DNA of 63,382 bases, filler included, from Rhabdomonas costata (taxonomy: Eukaryota): the NCBI GenBank assembly GCA_019059605.1. It is 40 parts of 40 records of this genome, joined end to end, with 100 filler letters (N's around TTAATTAATTAA, not from the genome) between each part and the next. Parts side by side here need not be neighbours in the genome. Positions count along the whole stretch, not along the records: positions 25,394 to 26,880 come from JAHMHO010014708.1; positions 26,981 to 28,467 come from JAHMHO010014709.1; positions 28,568 to 30,054 come from JAHMHO010014710.1; positions 30,155 to 31,640 come from JAHMHO010014711.1; positions 31,741 to 33,227 come from JAHMHO010014712.1; positions 33,328 to 34,811 come from JAHMHO010014713.1; positions 34,912 to 36,398 come from JAHMHO010014714.1; 33 more parts are not named here. One strand, written 5' to 3'. The first letter of the stretch is position 1. Each line of letters starts with the position of its first letter. The translations under genes and the position numbers were made by a program. Under the pieces are notes generated by a model. It had not been told where the DNA came from and did not search any database. It saw nothing but the letters and a program-made list of their open reading frames with translations. Below are positions 25,394-36,498 of this stretch, in pieces.

Positions 25394-26800
25394 GTGTTGG
25401 GTTGGAGTGCTTGACCACGATTACCGATGGAATTTGAAGATTCAAGTTCAACCACTTAATTAGGGACTACCACGTCAATAAGGGTGATCGTGTGGCTCAA
25501 TTGCTTTTGGAGTACATTGCGACACACCACGTGTGTGGTTACACAACTGCAGTGGAGTGTGCGATGTGAAGGCGTGTTTGGATCCTCTGAATTTGGTTCG
25601 GTTTCGGAACCACAGGCCGCTTCCGGTGTTTCAGAGCATCCGAACTCAGAAGTTATTGACCAGAATCAGACCTTAAACCGTAGTTGGACAAACAGAATGC
25701 TGCATCTTCCATTATGACGCTCCGTTAATAGAAAATGCTTATGTATCCATTTCAAAAAAAGTTTCCTGCACAAGTCGACTCATCAGCTAACATTTTGATA
25801 GCGCAAAGCGAATGCTTCGCCTCTACATCCTCAGTTAGCACCAAGAACACCTGCGGTAATCACTCCCAGATCAGTGAAGAAGCCGCTCTCCCATATGTCT
25901 GGCCTCCACAGTCTGAAAGAGGTGGAATACTCTGATCGCGACAGGCGTCTGCTGCTCGCCGCCGACCACGAAATAAAGATGTGGAAGCGGAAGAAGCTGT
26001 CTGCTCGCAATTAAGTTCAAAACCAAATCAAGCCCTCCCGTTCAGACAGATTTCACCAGAGGTGCTCAAGCTCAACGAGGAGTACAAATATTTCCAGAGA
26101 AGCTTCCACCATTGTTACCACCAGCTAGTCCTACAGATCACCGCATTGACTTCCCATAGAAGTTTCGAATACCATCTACGCGCGTAAACAGATTGACCCC
26201 CAGCTAAGATGCCGAGTTACAGCGTCAGCTAAAGGACTTGCTGTATCATCAGTACATCAAGAAGGTCACGTCTTCATACGGCTCGTCCCAAAAGTCAGCG
26301 GGAATCTGCGGATGGTGGTGAACTACAGACCCATCAACAATCTGACCATGATGAGCAAGTACAAACATTCCACTCATTGACGAGATGCTACGCCACTGCT
26401 GCAGCTCCATTGACAGATCTGATGCAGAAGGGGCGTGATTGCCCAAACCGCAGCACGCTTTTGAGTTGCTAATGTCGCGCCTTCTCCAAGCACCAGTTCT
26501 CTTGGTCTGGTAGACTGCAGCTTGAGGAAACTGAACGAGGCGCAGAAGAACTACCAGGGGCATGAAAATGATATGCTCGCCTTGGTTGATGCGCTGGAGG
26601 ATTTGAGGCACTATCTACTGAGCTGAGAGTTACACATCTACACCGATAAACCCTCTCTGCGGTACCTCCAAAACTCAGCTTATCCTTCATAGCGTCAGGT
26701 GAGATGGCCGGAAAAGCTGCAGTTGTACAGCCTCTGAATATCGCTTATATCCCCGGCAAAACTAACACTGCAGATGAAGCGTTGTACATAATCCCGCTGT
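25394..26800 (+). mobile_element. Decayed Ty3/gypsy LTR retrotransposon pol (dUTPase-PR-RT-RNase H), internally deleted
   Basis: PR-like FPAQVDSSAN (~25762-25791); LPPASPTDHRIDF; RT start PKVSGNLRMVVNYRPINNLT...IPLIDEML (~26288-26390); RNase H RKLNEAQKNY..HENDMLALVDAL..LRHYLL...IYTD...RQVRW...YIPGKTN (~26525-26770); many stops and frameshifts. Confidence 0.9.
25404..25590 (+). pseudogene. Decayed trimeric dUTPase domain within a retroelement
   Basis: Motif 3 GVLDHDYR (25404), motif 4 KGDRVAQLLLE (~25480) and motif 5 RCEGVFGSS (25562), separated by frameshifts. Confidence 0.85.
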
Positions 26801-27326
26801 TGCGTTGACGACAATTCCAGTTCCAGTTGTCCAGAAAACACCGTGCTAAAAAAGGCCGCTCGGTATCATGCGTCTGTGGTNNNNNNNNNNNNNNNNNNNN
26901 NNNNNNNNNNNNNNNNNNNNNNNNTTAATTAATTAANNNNNNNNNNNNNNNNNNNNNNNNNNNNNNNNNNNNNNNNNNNNTGGGGGGGCTCCCTTAACAG
27001 TTTGGCAGGGAGCCCATCCGGAACCACGTGTCTGTCTACAAGCAGGAAATTACAGTCAGCTTCTTGGCGCACCCGTGTAAATGAGGTTCCATCGAGGGAC
27101 CTCTGACTCATGAGATGAATCAAAATAGTGGTTTCGTGCAGGAGGTCTTTCTCCCAATTTGTGTTCTCCATTGAGGTCTTGAGAAGTATCTCATTTTATC
27201 TGGGGATGTGAGTATTAAGTGAATATAAAGGCTGCTGCTTTGCTTTCTCCTTTGTATTAGCAGCCTTTATTGTTTCGGTTTGTTTGGACCATGCTTTTCG
27301 CCAACCACGGGTGGGATCTCCCTCAG

Positions 27327-28249
27327 GGATAGTGCTGAAGGTCGACGAGGAGGAAGTTCTCCAGACCTGTGAGAACTTCACCGTGGGCTACGCCGACGAC
27401 AGCAACGCCAAGTCCAACAATGGCATGGAGCTTCTGTTGGGGCAGCCACTGAACTCCTCCCTTGCCTCCTCCGCGCAGACCTATGCCGACCTGCGGGTTC
27501 TCACCGCGCCCCTCATCTCGTGCCCGGGCAGCTACTGCTGGGCCAGCTCCGGCTCCGGGCCCTTGGTGTGGGCGGTACAGGGGCAGACCGGAGTGGTTGA
27601 GACCTCGGGCTACCGCGGGAAGGTCCTGGCCGCAACGGCATACTCCACAGGGCTCTCGCTGGGCTTTGCCCTGGAGATCAGCCTGAGTGTGGTGCAGAAG
27701 CCCTTGTTTCAGGTGGACACCCCTTTTCCTGCTTTTTGCATCTTCTGCTTTTTGCTTCTTCTCTTAGTGTTCGTGTTTTGGAGGAGGCAAGCGCGAAGGT
27801 GGCAGGGTTCAATCCTGCTGGAGGCCAACAGCAGGCTGGCAATAGCCCCAAAAACCGTTGCGGCTGCAGGAGATAGGATAGGAGGAAAGGGGCAAAGGGG
27901 GGGGGGGGAAGAGAAAGGCGATGTGGTATGTGTGACGAGTGGAGACTTCGGGTAATCTCACTTTAGCGCTCGAACCTTGATTTCCGCGTGCGAGCCCGGA
28001 CCCGGAGGGGGCGTGGAATCCGTACGCTGCCGCTCTACGTCACCAACACAACCCATGACTGACGAGTTGTGTGCACGTATCCTCTCCGCTTCACAGGTGT
28101 TGCTGATTCTGGTGGGGACAGCGCTGGGCACGGTGCTGCTCGGGGTTGTGGTTCTGGGTCTCTCTGCGCGCTCCATGCTCCGCTCCATGACTGACACCTG
28201 GCAGCGTGGCAAGATGGCTGTGCAGCAACAGAAGGAGCAGTTCCAAGCG
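27327..28249 (+). CDS. Membrane sensor with a Cache-like extracellular domain and TM helix (probable receptor cyclase or kinase), partial; exons 27327-27712 and 28097-28249
   Basis: GQTGVVETSGYRGKVLAATAY...LGFALEISLSVVQKPL resembles the Cache motif DYRGxxVLAAY...WGLVxxId; then a 23-aa hydrophobic helix and a coiled linker. Confidence 0.6.
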
Positions 28250-28569
28250 GTACGCTCCTTCGACCCCTCCGCCCCAGGTTCTCGCCCGCCTCCACGGGTT
28301 TAATCTGTTTGGTGACCCCACACACACACAATCCAGCAGGTTGGGTAGGGAGACCTCCCCTAATTAGCCGAGGATCGTCACCCAGAGGGTGATCAGTCCA
28401 CCAGTGCTTCCCGTTCGGCTCGCCCGTGCCCGAGCACCGGCTTTGGGCGCTTCTGGGCCCTGGGAACNNNNNNNNNNNNNNNNNNNNNNNNNNNNNNNNN
28501 NNNNNNNNNNNTTAATTAATTAANNNNNNNNNNNNNNNNNNNNNNNNNNNNNNNNNNNNNNNNNNNNCA

Positions 28570-29960
28570 GACTCTTCTAGTCCACTTGATGACTAGATAG
28601 GGCATCCGCAGCGACATTTTGCCTTCAGGGAATGTTGGCGATCTGAAAAGTAAACCACTGTAATTTCTCCAACCACCGTGACTTGGAAAATGACTGGGGT
28701 TCTTCTGCAAATACATCTGAACACAAAAGATAATTCCTCCATTCTTCTGACGTGTACACTAAAGCTAGAATCTACTTCTCATGAACTGGGTAGTTTTTCT
28801 CAGTGTACATCTTTCTCGAACTACACGCCACCAAAGGCATCTTGACACCTTCCCATTGCTGTGAAATCGTGGCTCCAATTCCCACCTCTGAAGCATACGT
28901 GTGAAGCACAATTGGATTTTAAAGTCTGGAAGAACCAAACTCTTCACATTTGTAGGGTTACGCAACTGCGGCCATTTATGTACGGCCACACGTTTCATCT
29001 GCTGTGGTCTAGTCCAATTTCTCCAAAAAACAAATCAACAATACTCGACTTCTGGTTGTGCAAACATACGCTTCTCTGGATTTGCAAAAAGCTTCTTTTA
29101 TCCAACCTCTGGTATAAAACCAGCAACGCTTCCGCATGGTCATTGTATGCACCTGAATGTCGTCCACGTACGAAATTGTAGTCTCTCGCAGATCCTCAAG
29201 AACAAAGTCCATGGTTTTTTGTAACCCAAACGGCATGACTCTGAATATTAACTAACCGTAATCTGTCATAAATGCCGTTCTATACACATACTCTGGATTA
29301 ATGCTAATCTGATGGAATACCGCATTCAAATTTAGTTTGTAAAACAACTTTCCCTTCAACGCGTGATCAATCATATCGCCAATTCGTGGTAATTTGGTAC
29401 GCATCTGTAACAGTGATTGCATTCAGCGGTCTGTAGTCAACGCACAGCCGCAACTACATTTGTAACAAAAAGCACTCTTGCTCCACAAGGATAGTTAGAT
29501 GGCTCTATAAAACAAATCTACGTGAGACTTTTCAGTTGCTACTGAAATTCCTCATCTTCCTCATGTGACATTAGGTACAGCCTCTGGGCTGGTACCTTAC
29601 TGTCCGGAATCAAATCAATACTGTGATCCGTCCTCACAGAAACTGTAACCGACGAAGGAAAGATGTGCGCAAATTATTGATTCAAGTTCTAGATTTTCGG
29701 AGGTTTTGGTGTCACAGCGCAAGGGGCGCCAAAAATGCTGTGGTCAAGCTCCTTAATTAACTTATCAACTTCATTTCTAGGCGAATCTTGCAACTTCCTT
29801 TTGAAATTCCACTTATGCCCTGAGCACTAGCTATAGTTCGCTGGACCTGCTTAGTCGGAGTCACCTCTTCAACCTCCACTTTGGAAATAACAACATCTGA
29901 AATCAACTCTGGAAGGGATCCGCACACTCTCACCACCATGGTCTCGCTTCTTTCTGCAAC
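28570..29960 (-). mobile_element. Decayed Ty3/gypsy RT-RNase H
   Basis: HSIDLIPD, RLCVDYRPLNAITV, LPRIGDMID, FHQI, VMPFGL, SYVDDI, EEWRNYLL, RWLEKLQ and NVAADALS in order, with stops and frameshifts. Confidence 0.92.
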
Positions 29961-30733
29961 CAAACTACATACAGCTTTTTAACTACTGGGTCATTTGTGG
30001 TGTCGCTACCCTCATTCCCTGCTACTCTGGAACCAGAAGGGCACAACACCAACANNNNNNNNNNNNNNNNNNNNNNNNNNNNNNNNNNNNNNNNNNNNTT
30101 AATTAATTAANNNNNNNNNNNNNNNNNNNNNNNNNNNNNNNNNNNNNNNNNNNNTTGTGGGTGTGTTTGGGGGGGGGTTGGTGGTGGTGGTGGTGGGCCA
30201 CGAATACTTTGTTCACTGCGTACTGTGTTCGGGCAGTGTAGTGCTGCACAGCACCTGCCCCAACTGATTTCGATCTGATCCCATGGAAACGTCACCAGGA
30301 ATTGACGATATGCATTAATTCAACGCAGCAATGTCTTGGGACCAGGACTAGGATGTGTCGAATTCCCCGTCCTGGAATGGAGCGGGAAATATTGTCCCTG
30401 AGGAGGTTAAGGAATATGGAATGTAACCCCCATCGTATTATTCTTCTAATTGTATCTGATTGGTGCCATATGGCATCATGGTGCCCAGAGGGCAGCCTTT
30501 CACACCTGGAGCTTGAGCCGAGGCACAGGAAACGGCTGCACGCTGGTCCTTGCACGGCTCGCGTATATTATGCAATCTTGTGCCGCTTCTTGCCAGTAGC
30601 AGCCGGAATGTTTGACGGGGGCACCCACAACTCAGACGAAAGCCAAAAATCATGAAAAACATTAAGAGAAAAAAAGAAAACAAAATTAAAACGAAGTCAT
30701 GGGCTTAACACTCACCCACACGGTCACACGTAG

Positions 30734-31640
30734 CCTGAGAATCTGCTGATGACCCGCGATGGGGTGGTGAAAATTGCTGACTTCGGGGTGTCCTCGCTGG
30801 AGGAGGACGCCAGCCGGTGCGTGGGGGGCACTCCGGCTTTCCTTGCCCCAGAGCTGTCCAGCGCTGAGGGCCCGGACTGCGCCACCCTGAACTGGAAGGC
30901 CGTCGACGTGTGGGTATGTTTCGGAGCTCATCGCATGCAATTATTAAGCGGTGAACGCGGCAGATGGGTTGGGTTGTCACAAAGTCTCCTCATGCCATTC
31001 TGCGTCCAAATCCACCTTAGTCGCCAGAGAACCTTGATTCCTCCGCACTGTCCGTCTCCCAAAGCTAAACTTTCCCTTTCATGCTTCAAATAGTGGTTTC
31101 GATGCAACAGAGGTTGCAGCATGAAGATGAACCGAGCTCAAACGACACATCATTAAAGATAATGGTTTTGGATTGCCGATATATGAACTGACTCGCAATT
31201 CCTAAGTGGAGAGTATTTCGAGGGCCAAATTGGTGCGCAGCGGGGACCTTTTTTATATACATTTTTACGCGACAGACCCAACTGCGATTATTCGTTATTT
31301 CTGCCCTTTTTGCCCTTGCTGCAAAAAACCCCACACAAACTGACCCAGACACGATGGTTTGGAGTACGCCAGAGAGGGTGGTAGAGATCGCACGGGCTCC
31401 ACAGTGCTCTCTCAGCACGCTTTGCAAATACACATTGGGTTGAAAAAACTCGTGAGCGCCGGTTATTTTGCGGTCTTTCCTAACTTTGGTGGTAAAACTT
31501 GGGACTGGGAAGGCCCTCGGGGTGACCACCTTCGTGCTGCTGCTCAACCACCTTCCCTTCAATGGCAAGAACGTCGCTGAGCTCTCTCACAGCATCTGTC
31601 ATGACTTGTACGTGTTGCCGGACGACGCCTCGGCAACACC
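30734..31640 (+). CDS. Ser/Thr protein kinase, CaMKK/GRIK-like, partial; exons 30734-30913 and 31513-contig end
   Basis: PENLL...KIADFGVS...GTPAFLAPE...KAVDVW|ALGVTTFVLLLNHLPF covers subdomains VIb-X. Confidence 0.92.
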
Positions 31641-31988
31641 NNNNNNNNNNNNNNNNNNNNNNNNNNNNNNNNNNNNNNNNNNNNTTAATTAATTAANNNN
31701 NNNNNNNNNNNNNNNNNNNNNNNNNNNNNNNNNNNNNNNNTTTTTGTTCAGGACAAATTCTCCAACGACACCTAATTTGCATACGTTTTCTTGAAAGAAG
31801 TCCATCTTGATCTCGATGCAAAGGCATGCCATTCGTGCGTCAAATTCCATGCCTCTTTTCTCCGTTCCCTAGTTTGAGGCTATTCGTGAGGATAATGTTT
31901 CCCATACATGGCGTACATTTCATTTTGTAGAGTCGGCAGTATTCCTGAGACGCCCCGCTCCACACTCGCCATAACCCTACTGTCGCAG

Positions 31989-32835
31989 AACTATGAGAGT
32001 GACGAGGACACTCCGACGTTTGCGCAGTACTGGGAGGCTCTCCGGGAAGGAGTCCCGGACCTGTCCAACTTTCGCCTTGTCACCGAGATGGGTCGCTCGT
32101 TGGTTCTCTATCCTCTCCACCTTCAACCGCCCCCTTTGCCTTTTCGTCTACCCGCGTCTGTAAAAGGCGGGGCTGTTGTATGGGGGTGGGGGTTAAGCGT
32201 TTAACGTGGTAAAACCACCCAAAGAATTTCATACTAAGACATACTAAGACATACTACCCTTGCGCCAAAATAACGTCCTATGGTGGCTACATGCACCCCC
32301 CGTGCTCGAAAAATAACTTCACCAATGGTAAATGTCAAGAGTCAGTTTTTTGCATGATCCCCCCCCCTCAGGGGAGGAACTTTTTTGGAAGAGCGCCTTT
32401 ATTCCCCTTATTTGCCCTTAACACATCGCGTTGAGTGTGCTTGGAAGCGTAACGCGCTTGTCTGGCTCTATCCCAAAAGGGGGTAGCTCTATTATTTCTG
32501 TTTAATCCCTTGGTGTGTGTCCACCCTCGATATGCGTCTGTGGTGCTTCAGTTTCTTTTGGTTTGATTGACTACACTGTCGGCAAAACGTTCCCAAGTAA
32601 CGTGGCCCATAGGAGCGTCGTGGTGGAAAATGAATTTAAGTGATATAGTTATGCAAACACATGCGACTTTCTCCACGTTGGTGAATGCACTGCGTGTGCT
32701 GGTGTGGCCGCCCAGGTTCAGAAGACGGGCTTCTTTGCCTCGGTTGTCCAGTACACGAAAGAGAACCAGGGCCGCAGGATGGCTGTGATCATGGCAGGCG
32801 CGGACCTCTTCCTGCGCACGGCCTACCTCCCAGAG
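31989..32835 (+). CDS. PLP-dependent Orn/DAP/Arg decarboxylase family (diaminopimelate decarboxylase-like), partial; exons 31989-32102 and 32716-32835
   Basis: NYESDEDTPTFAQY...RLVTEMGRSL|VQKTGFFASVVQYTKENQGRRMAVIMAGADLFLRTAYLPE contains the ExGR PLP-binding motif of fold-type III decarboxylases. Confidence 0.8.
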
Positions 32836-35127
32836 GCACTTCCCCCCACTCCCTCCCCCGACGCTCACCTTCCTCTTCTGTTTTTTGCCACCGGTCTGAT
32901 TTGATATTTTTTGGATTTTCACGCTCACGCACTGATGCTTCCACAAAAATACACCCAAAGAAGATCACTTTGTGCTTCACTCTAGTCCGTGCTGTTGGAT
33001 TGGAGAAACACGGATACAGTCTGGTAGGACAGGTGTGTGGATTAGTTGCAGTGATGCCCCATGCCCCCAATTCCAACCTCTCGCGTTTTAGAGAAGGGTG
33101 TGTGTGTGTGTATGGGCCATTGCCCTTCCCTTCTTTATGCCGAAAATTCCGAAGATTTTTTCTCCCTGGTGGTTTGGTACCTCGACGAAGCGTTGTTGTT
33201 GTTTGGTGGCGTGGAAGCACCAAACCANNNNNNNNNNNNNNNNNNNNNNNNNNNNNNNNNNNNNNNNNNNNTTAATTAATTAANNNNNNNNNNNNNNNNN
33301 NNNNNNNNNNNNNNNNNNNNNNNNNNNGGGGTGGGTGTTGATGATTGTTCCCTGGCATCAGCTTTTGTTGCCAGCGATAGCCACCTGGCTTGTCCTCAAC
33401 TCAACCTTCGCGTCTGGCGCCTGACTATGGCCCTTTTCGCAATGGTGGATTTTGGGCTTCCCACAATATAAATGCAGAGTGATGGAGTGCCCACTTGTCC
33501 TTGTAAGTATTGTGATATTTTGTTTGTTTACTTGCTGACACCTACCTGCTTATGTGTCGCCTTTGTTGTGCGTGCGGTGGGGCGGTTTGGTAGACTCAAT
33601 CCGTTCCCCTGTGAGGCCCCTGAGGCCCACTGCGGGGTCTGTGGAAACTCCATCTGCGACTGCGCGGCGGTCGCGCAGTGCTCCGTCTCGAGAGGGAAGA
33701 ACCCCTCGCGTGCGCTCGCCTAGACCCGAGAGGTCCGAAGTGTACTCTTATAAATTGGCTGTGACTGACACTGATGAGGTGGGAGGAAACGCGACCGGGT
33801 GCCCAAGATTGCTCCCCGTGCATATTTCTTTCTTTCTCTTTGACGCTCTTATTCTTATCCAACGTGCTCCGGTTGCGAGTTGCTTTGGCTGCTGTTTGCG
33901 GAGGCATGGCCCATGACATTGTGTTCGTTAGGGGCGGTCTTTTTTTCTTACGTGCTGGTGGGCAGCAGTTATGCTTGAGGTGTGCGGTCCACCACAATTC
34001 TGCCGCTCTAGAGAAGCTATTGTTTTCGTTTGGGCTGCGCCTGTACAGGTGTACGCGCTGCGGGAGTGTCGGGCCGGCCACGACCCGCCCAGTACGGACA
34101 AGCACAAAGCTGGCCGCAGTCTTTTTCAGGCATGCCGAAGAGTGGGCCCACTGTAACTGTGGTGATCCGGAACCCAAAAATATGCCCTTTTCCTTTTTCC
34201 AACTGGATTTTCCCGCTGCACAATTATCGCTTTGCCCTACTCGGCACAAACGCTCGTCGAATGTCCCCCCCTCCATACGTGATACTCGGATAGCTCTCGA
34301 AAATTCAGTGTGGACAAGTGATAGAAACGCGGTGTATTGATGTGTCCCAATCCGTTCACCCTTGAAGCAGATGGACGGAGTGGGGAGTGGGTAGCCATGC
34401 GGTCGCGACAAAGCTTTTGACAAATGGTGCGGATCCAGAACTCCTGGAACTTTCGTTTTGGATCCTGCACCGTGACTGTTGCGGTGAGGTGTGATGAGGA
34501 TTCTTTTTCCGGTTCTGCGGGTGGGGTCAGCCATGCCCTGGGTAAGCCTTGGAAGGAGAGGACCGCCCGGCCCGACGCAGCGTTCTCGTCGACCAGCGCG
34601 CGCACGGATATCTTCCGCACCATCCCTTGGATCTCCGACAGCTATCCTCCAACCACTTCCAGTGCGCCGCATCCCACCCAACACACTTTCTCACACCGTG
34701 CGCTGCGAAGTAGAGAAAATGTTCACCTTCCGTGGTGAATCAGAAGATCTGCGTTCTAGGTGCATTAGCTGGTTGAATATTTTCCTCCTAACCAGAGCCT
34801 TCACCCACCACNNNNNNNNNNNNNNNNNNNNNNNNNNNNNNNNNNNNNNNNNNNNTTAATTAATTAANNNNNNNNNNNNNNNNNNNNNNNNNNNNNNNNN
34901 NNNNNNNNNNNGGACACGCCACCATTCAAGATTTGAGATTTGCACTTGTTTGCAGCAAACATTAGAATAAGCAGTAACCGATGGTGACAAAACCTTCAGT
35001 TGAGCCGTCGCACCTAATTTGAGAAAAACTCCGAAGTCGTACCCATACTGGGGATTTGCAGCACATGATACCGGTTCTCTCACACGCTGTTCCCCATCGG
35101 CACATCACATGTCGTCGGCGCAAAAAG

Positions 35128-36093
35128 GTGAACGGCAGCAGCGGTAACTCGTCTTCCGAGGGGGACCTTACCCGGGGCTTCACCGTGGTCACCAACCCGC
35201 TGGAGGAGCATCGCCGCGGTGGGCAGTGGAACCAGAACGCATTGCTGGGCCGAGTCAACGCCACGGCCCATGCCCTAAACTTCATCGCGGATGTTGCCAT
35301 TATGTCGAAGGTACTCCCTCATGCACAATCATACTCGCACTACTGCTAGCAACAGTATTGACAGCACTGCCACCATAACCACCACCACCACATCCACCAC
35401 TGCCACCAGCACCAGGCCAGAGCCCTCGTGGAGGCGGACTCCAGAGTCCCCTTGTCGTCGCAGTGGTCATGATTACCGCAAACAGCACCGCGTGGCCAAC
35501 AAAGAGCACATCTGCCGCACCAGCGAGAATGGAATTCCAGCCACGGGCTCTGCGAGGAACACGAATTCGCACTCTTGCCTGAAGTAACCCGAACCGCAGC
35601 ACTGACCTCCGAAGCCTTGTCCGAAACTCATTCTTCCACTTAGTTGGATGCCTGTTTTACCAATAGTTCACACGGAGTGCGGTGGCTGTACCTTTCTCTT
35701 TCGCTGTGCAGGCTGTGTACTTCGTGGGCACGCAGTCCTCGAACGTGGGCAACACCATCCTCTGGCTGATGTGCGCCCGGCGTGGCACCACCAACTGGCC
35801 GGTGTGGATATTTTTAATGGTGGGTATCTACCCGATTGCCTTTGCATAGGTTGGAGCCTGACATCCGGAATGGATTTCTTGGCTCTCGTCGTTGCGTTTG
35901 GTATGAGCTGGTGCTCTCCTCGCCCTCGTGTCTTCTTTTGAATTGCCGCGCGCGTTAGGGGTGCTTCGCGAACACTCTGGACGGGCCCAAGTTCTCATCC
36001 GCCAACCACCCCCTGCTGGACGGGCCCTTGTGGAACGGGCCTCGCAAGCTTTGCGACTGGCGCTTCTCAACCAAGTCAATGGGCGGCCCTTGA
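35128..36093 (+). CDS. Alpha-1,6-fucosyltransferase-like (GT23/NodZ/O-FucT superfamily), C-terminal part; exons 35128-35310, 35712-35801, 35959-36093
   Basis: FIADVAIMSK|AVYFVGTQSSNVGNTILWLM...|GCFANTLDG matches fucosyltransferase motif III (DxxxLsxxxxxvgTxSSxv); phase-0 GT-AG; stop at 36093. Confidence 0.75.
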
Positions 36094-36498
36094 ACTGCGA
36101 GCGCCGTTCGACGTCAGGGAGATTTTAGCAGCCCAAGTCTGCTGGTAGCCCTTCGGCGACTGCCACGGGCATGCTCAGACTCGCAGGAGATGAAAGTTGA
36201 GTCTGGACCGCTCTCGCGTCAAGCTGAGGTCCGATCCCAAGTTTGCAAGATTGTATGATGATGCTGGACCGATGCGGCCTTGCTGTGAATGACACTCGTT
36301 CGGTCGGCCGTACCGTGTTCCGCCCTTTGGTGTGGGTCCGCTGGGATGTGCTGCCTCTGCTCAGCAGGTATAATGGAGAACGCTCCATAACAACCACCNN
36401 NNNNNNNNNNNNNNNNNNNNNNNNNNNNNNNNNNNNNNNNNNTTAATTAATTAANNNNNNNNNNNNNNNNNNNNNNNNNNNNNNNNNNNNNNNNNNNN

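Noticed and set aside
33596-34684. 362-aa minus-strand ORF
   Set aside because: No recognisable motifs; splice signals and exon-like segments are on the plus strand, so it is probably a shadow ORF.
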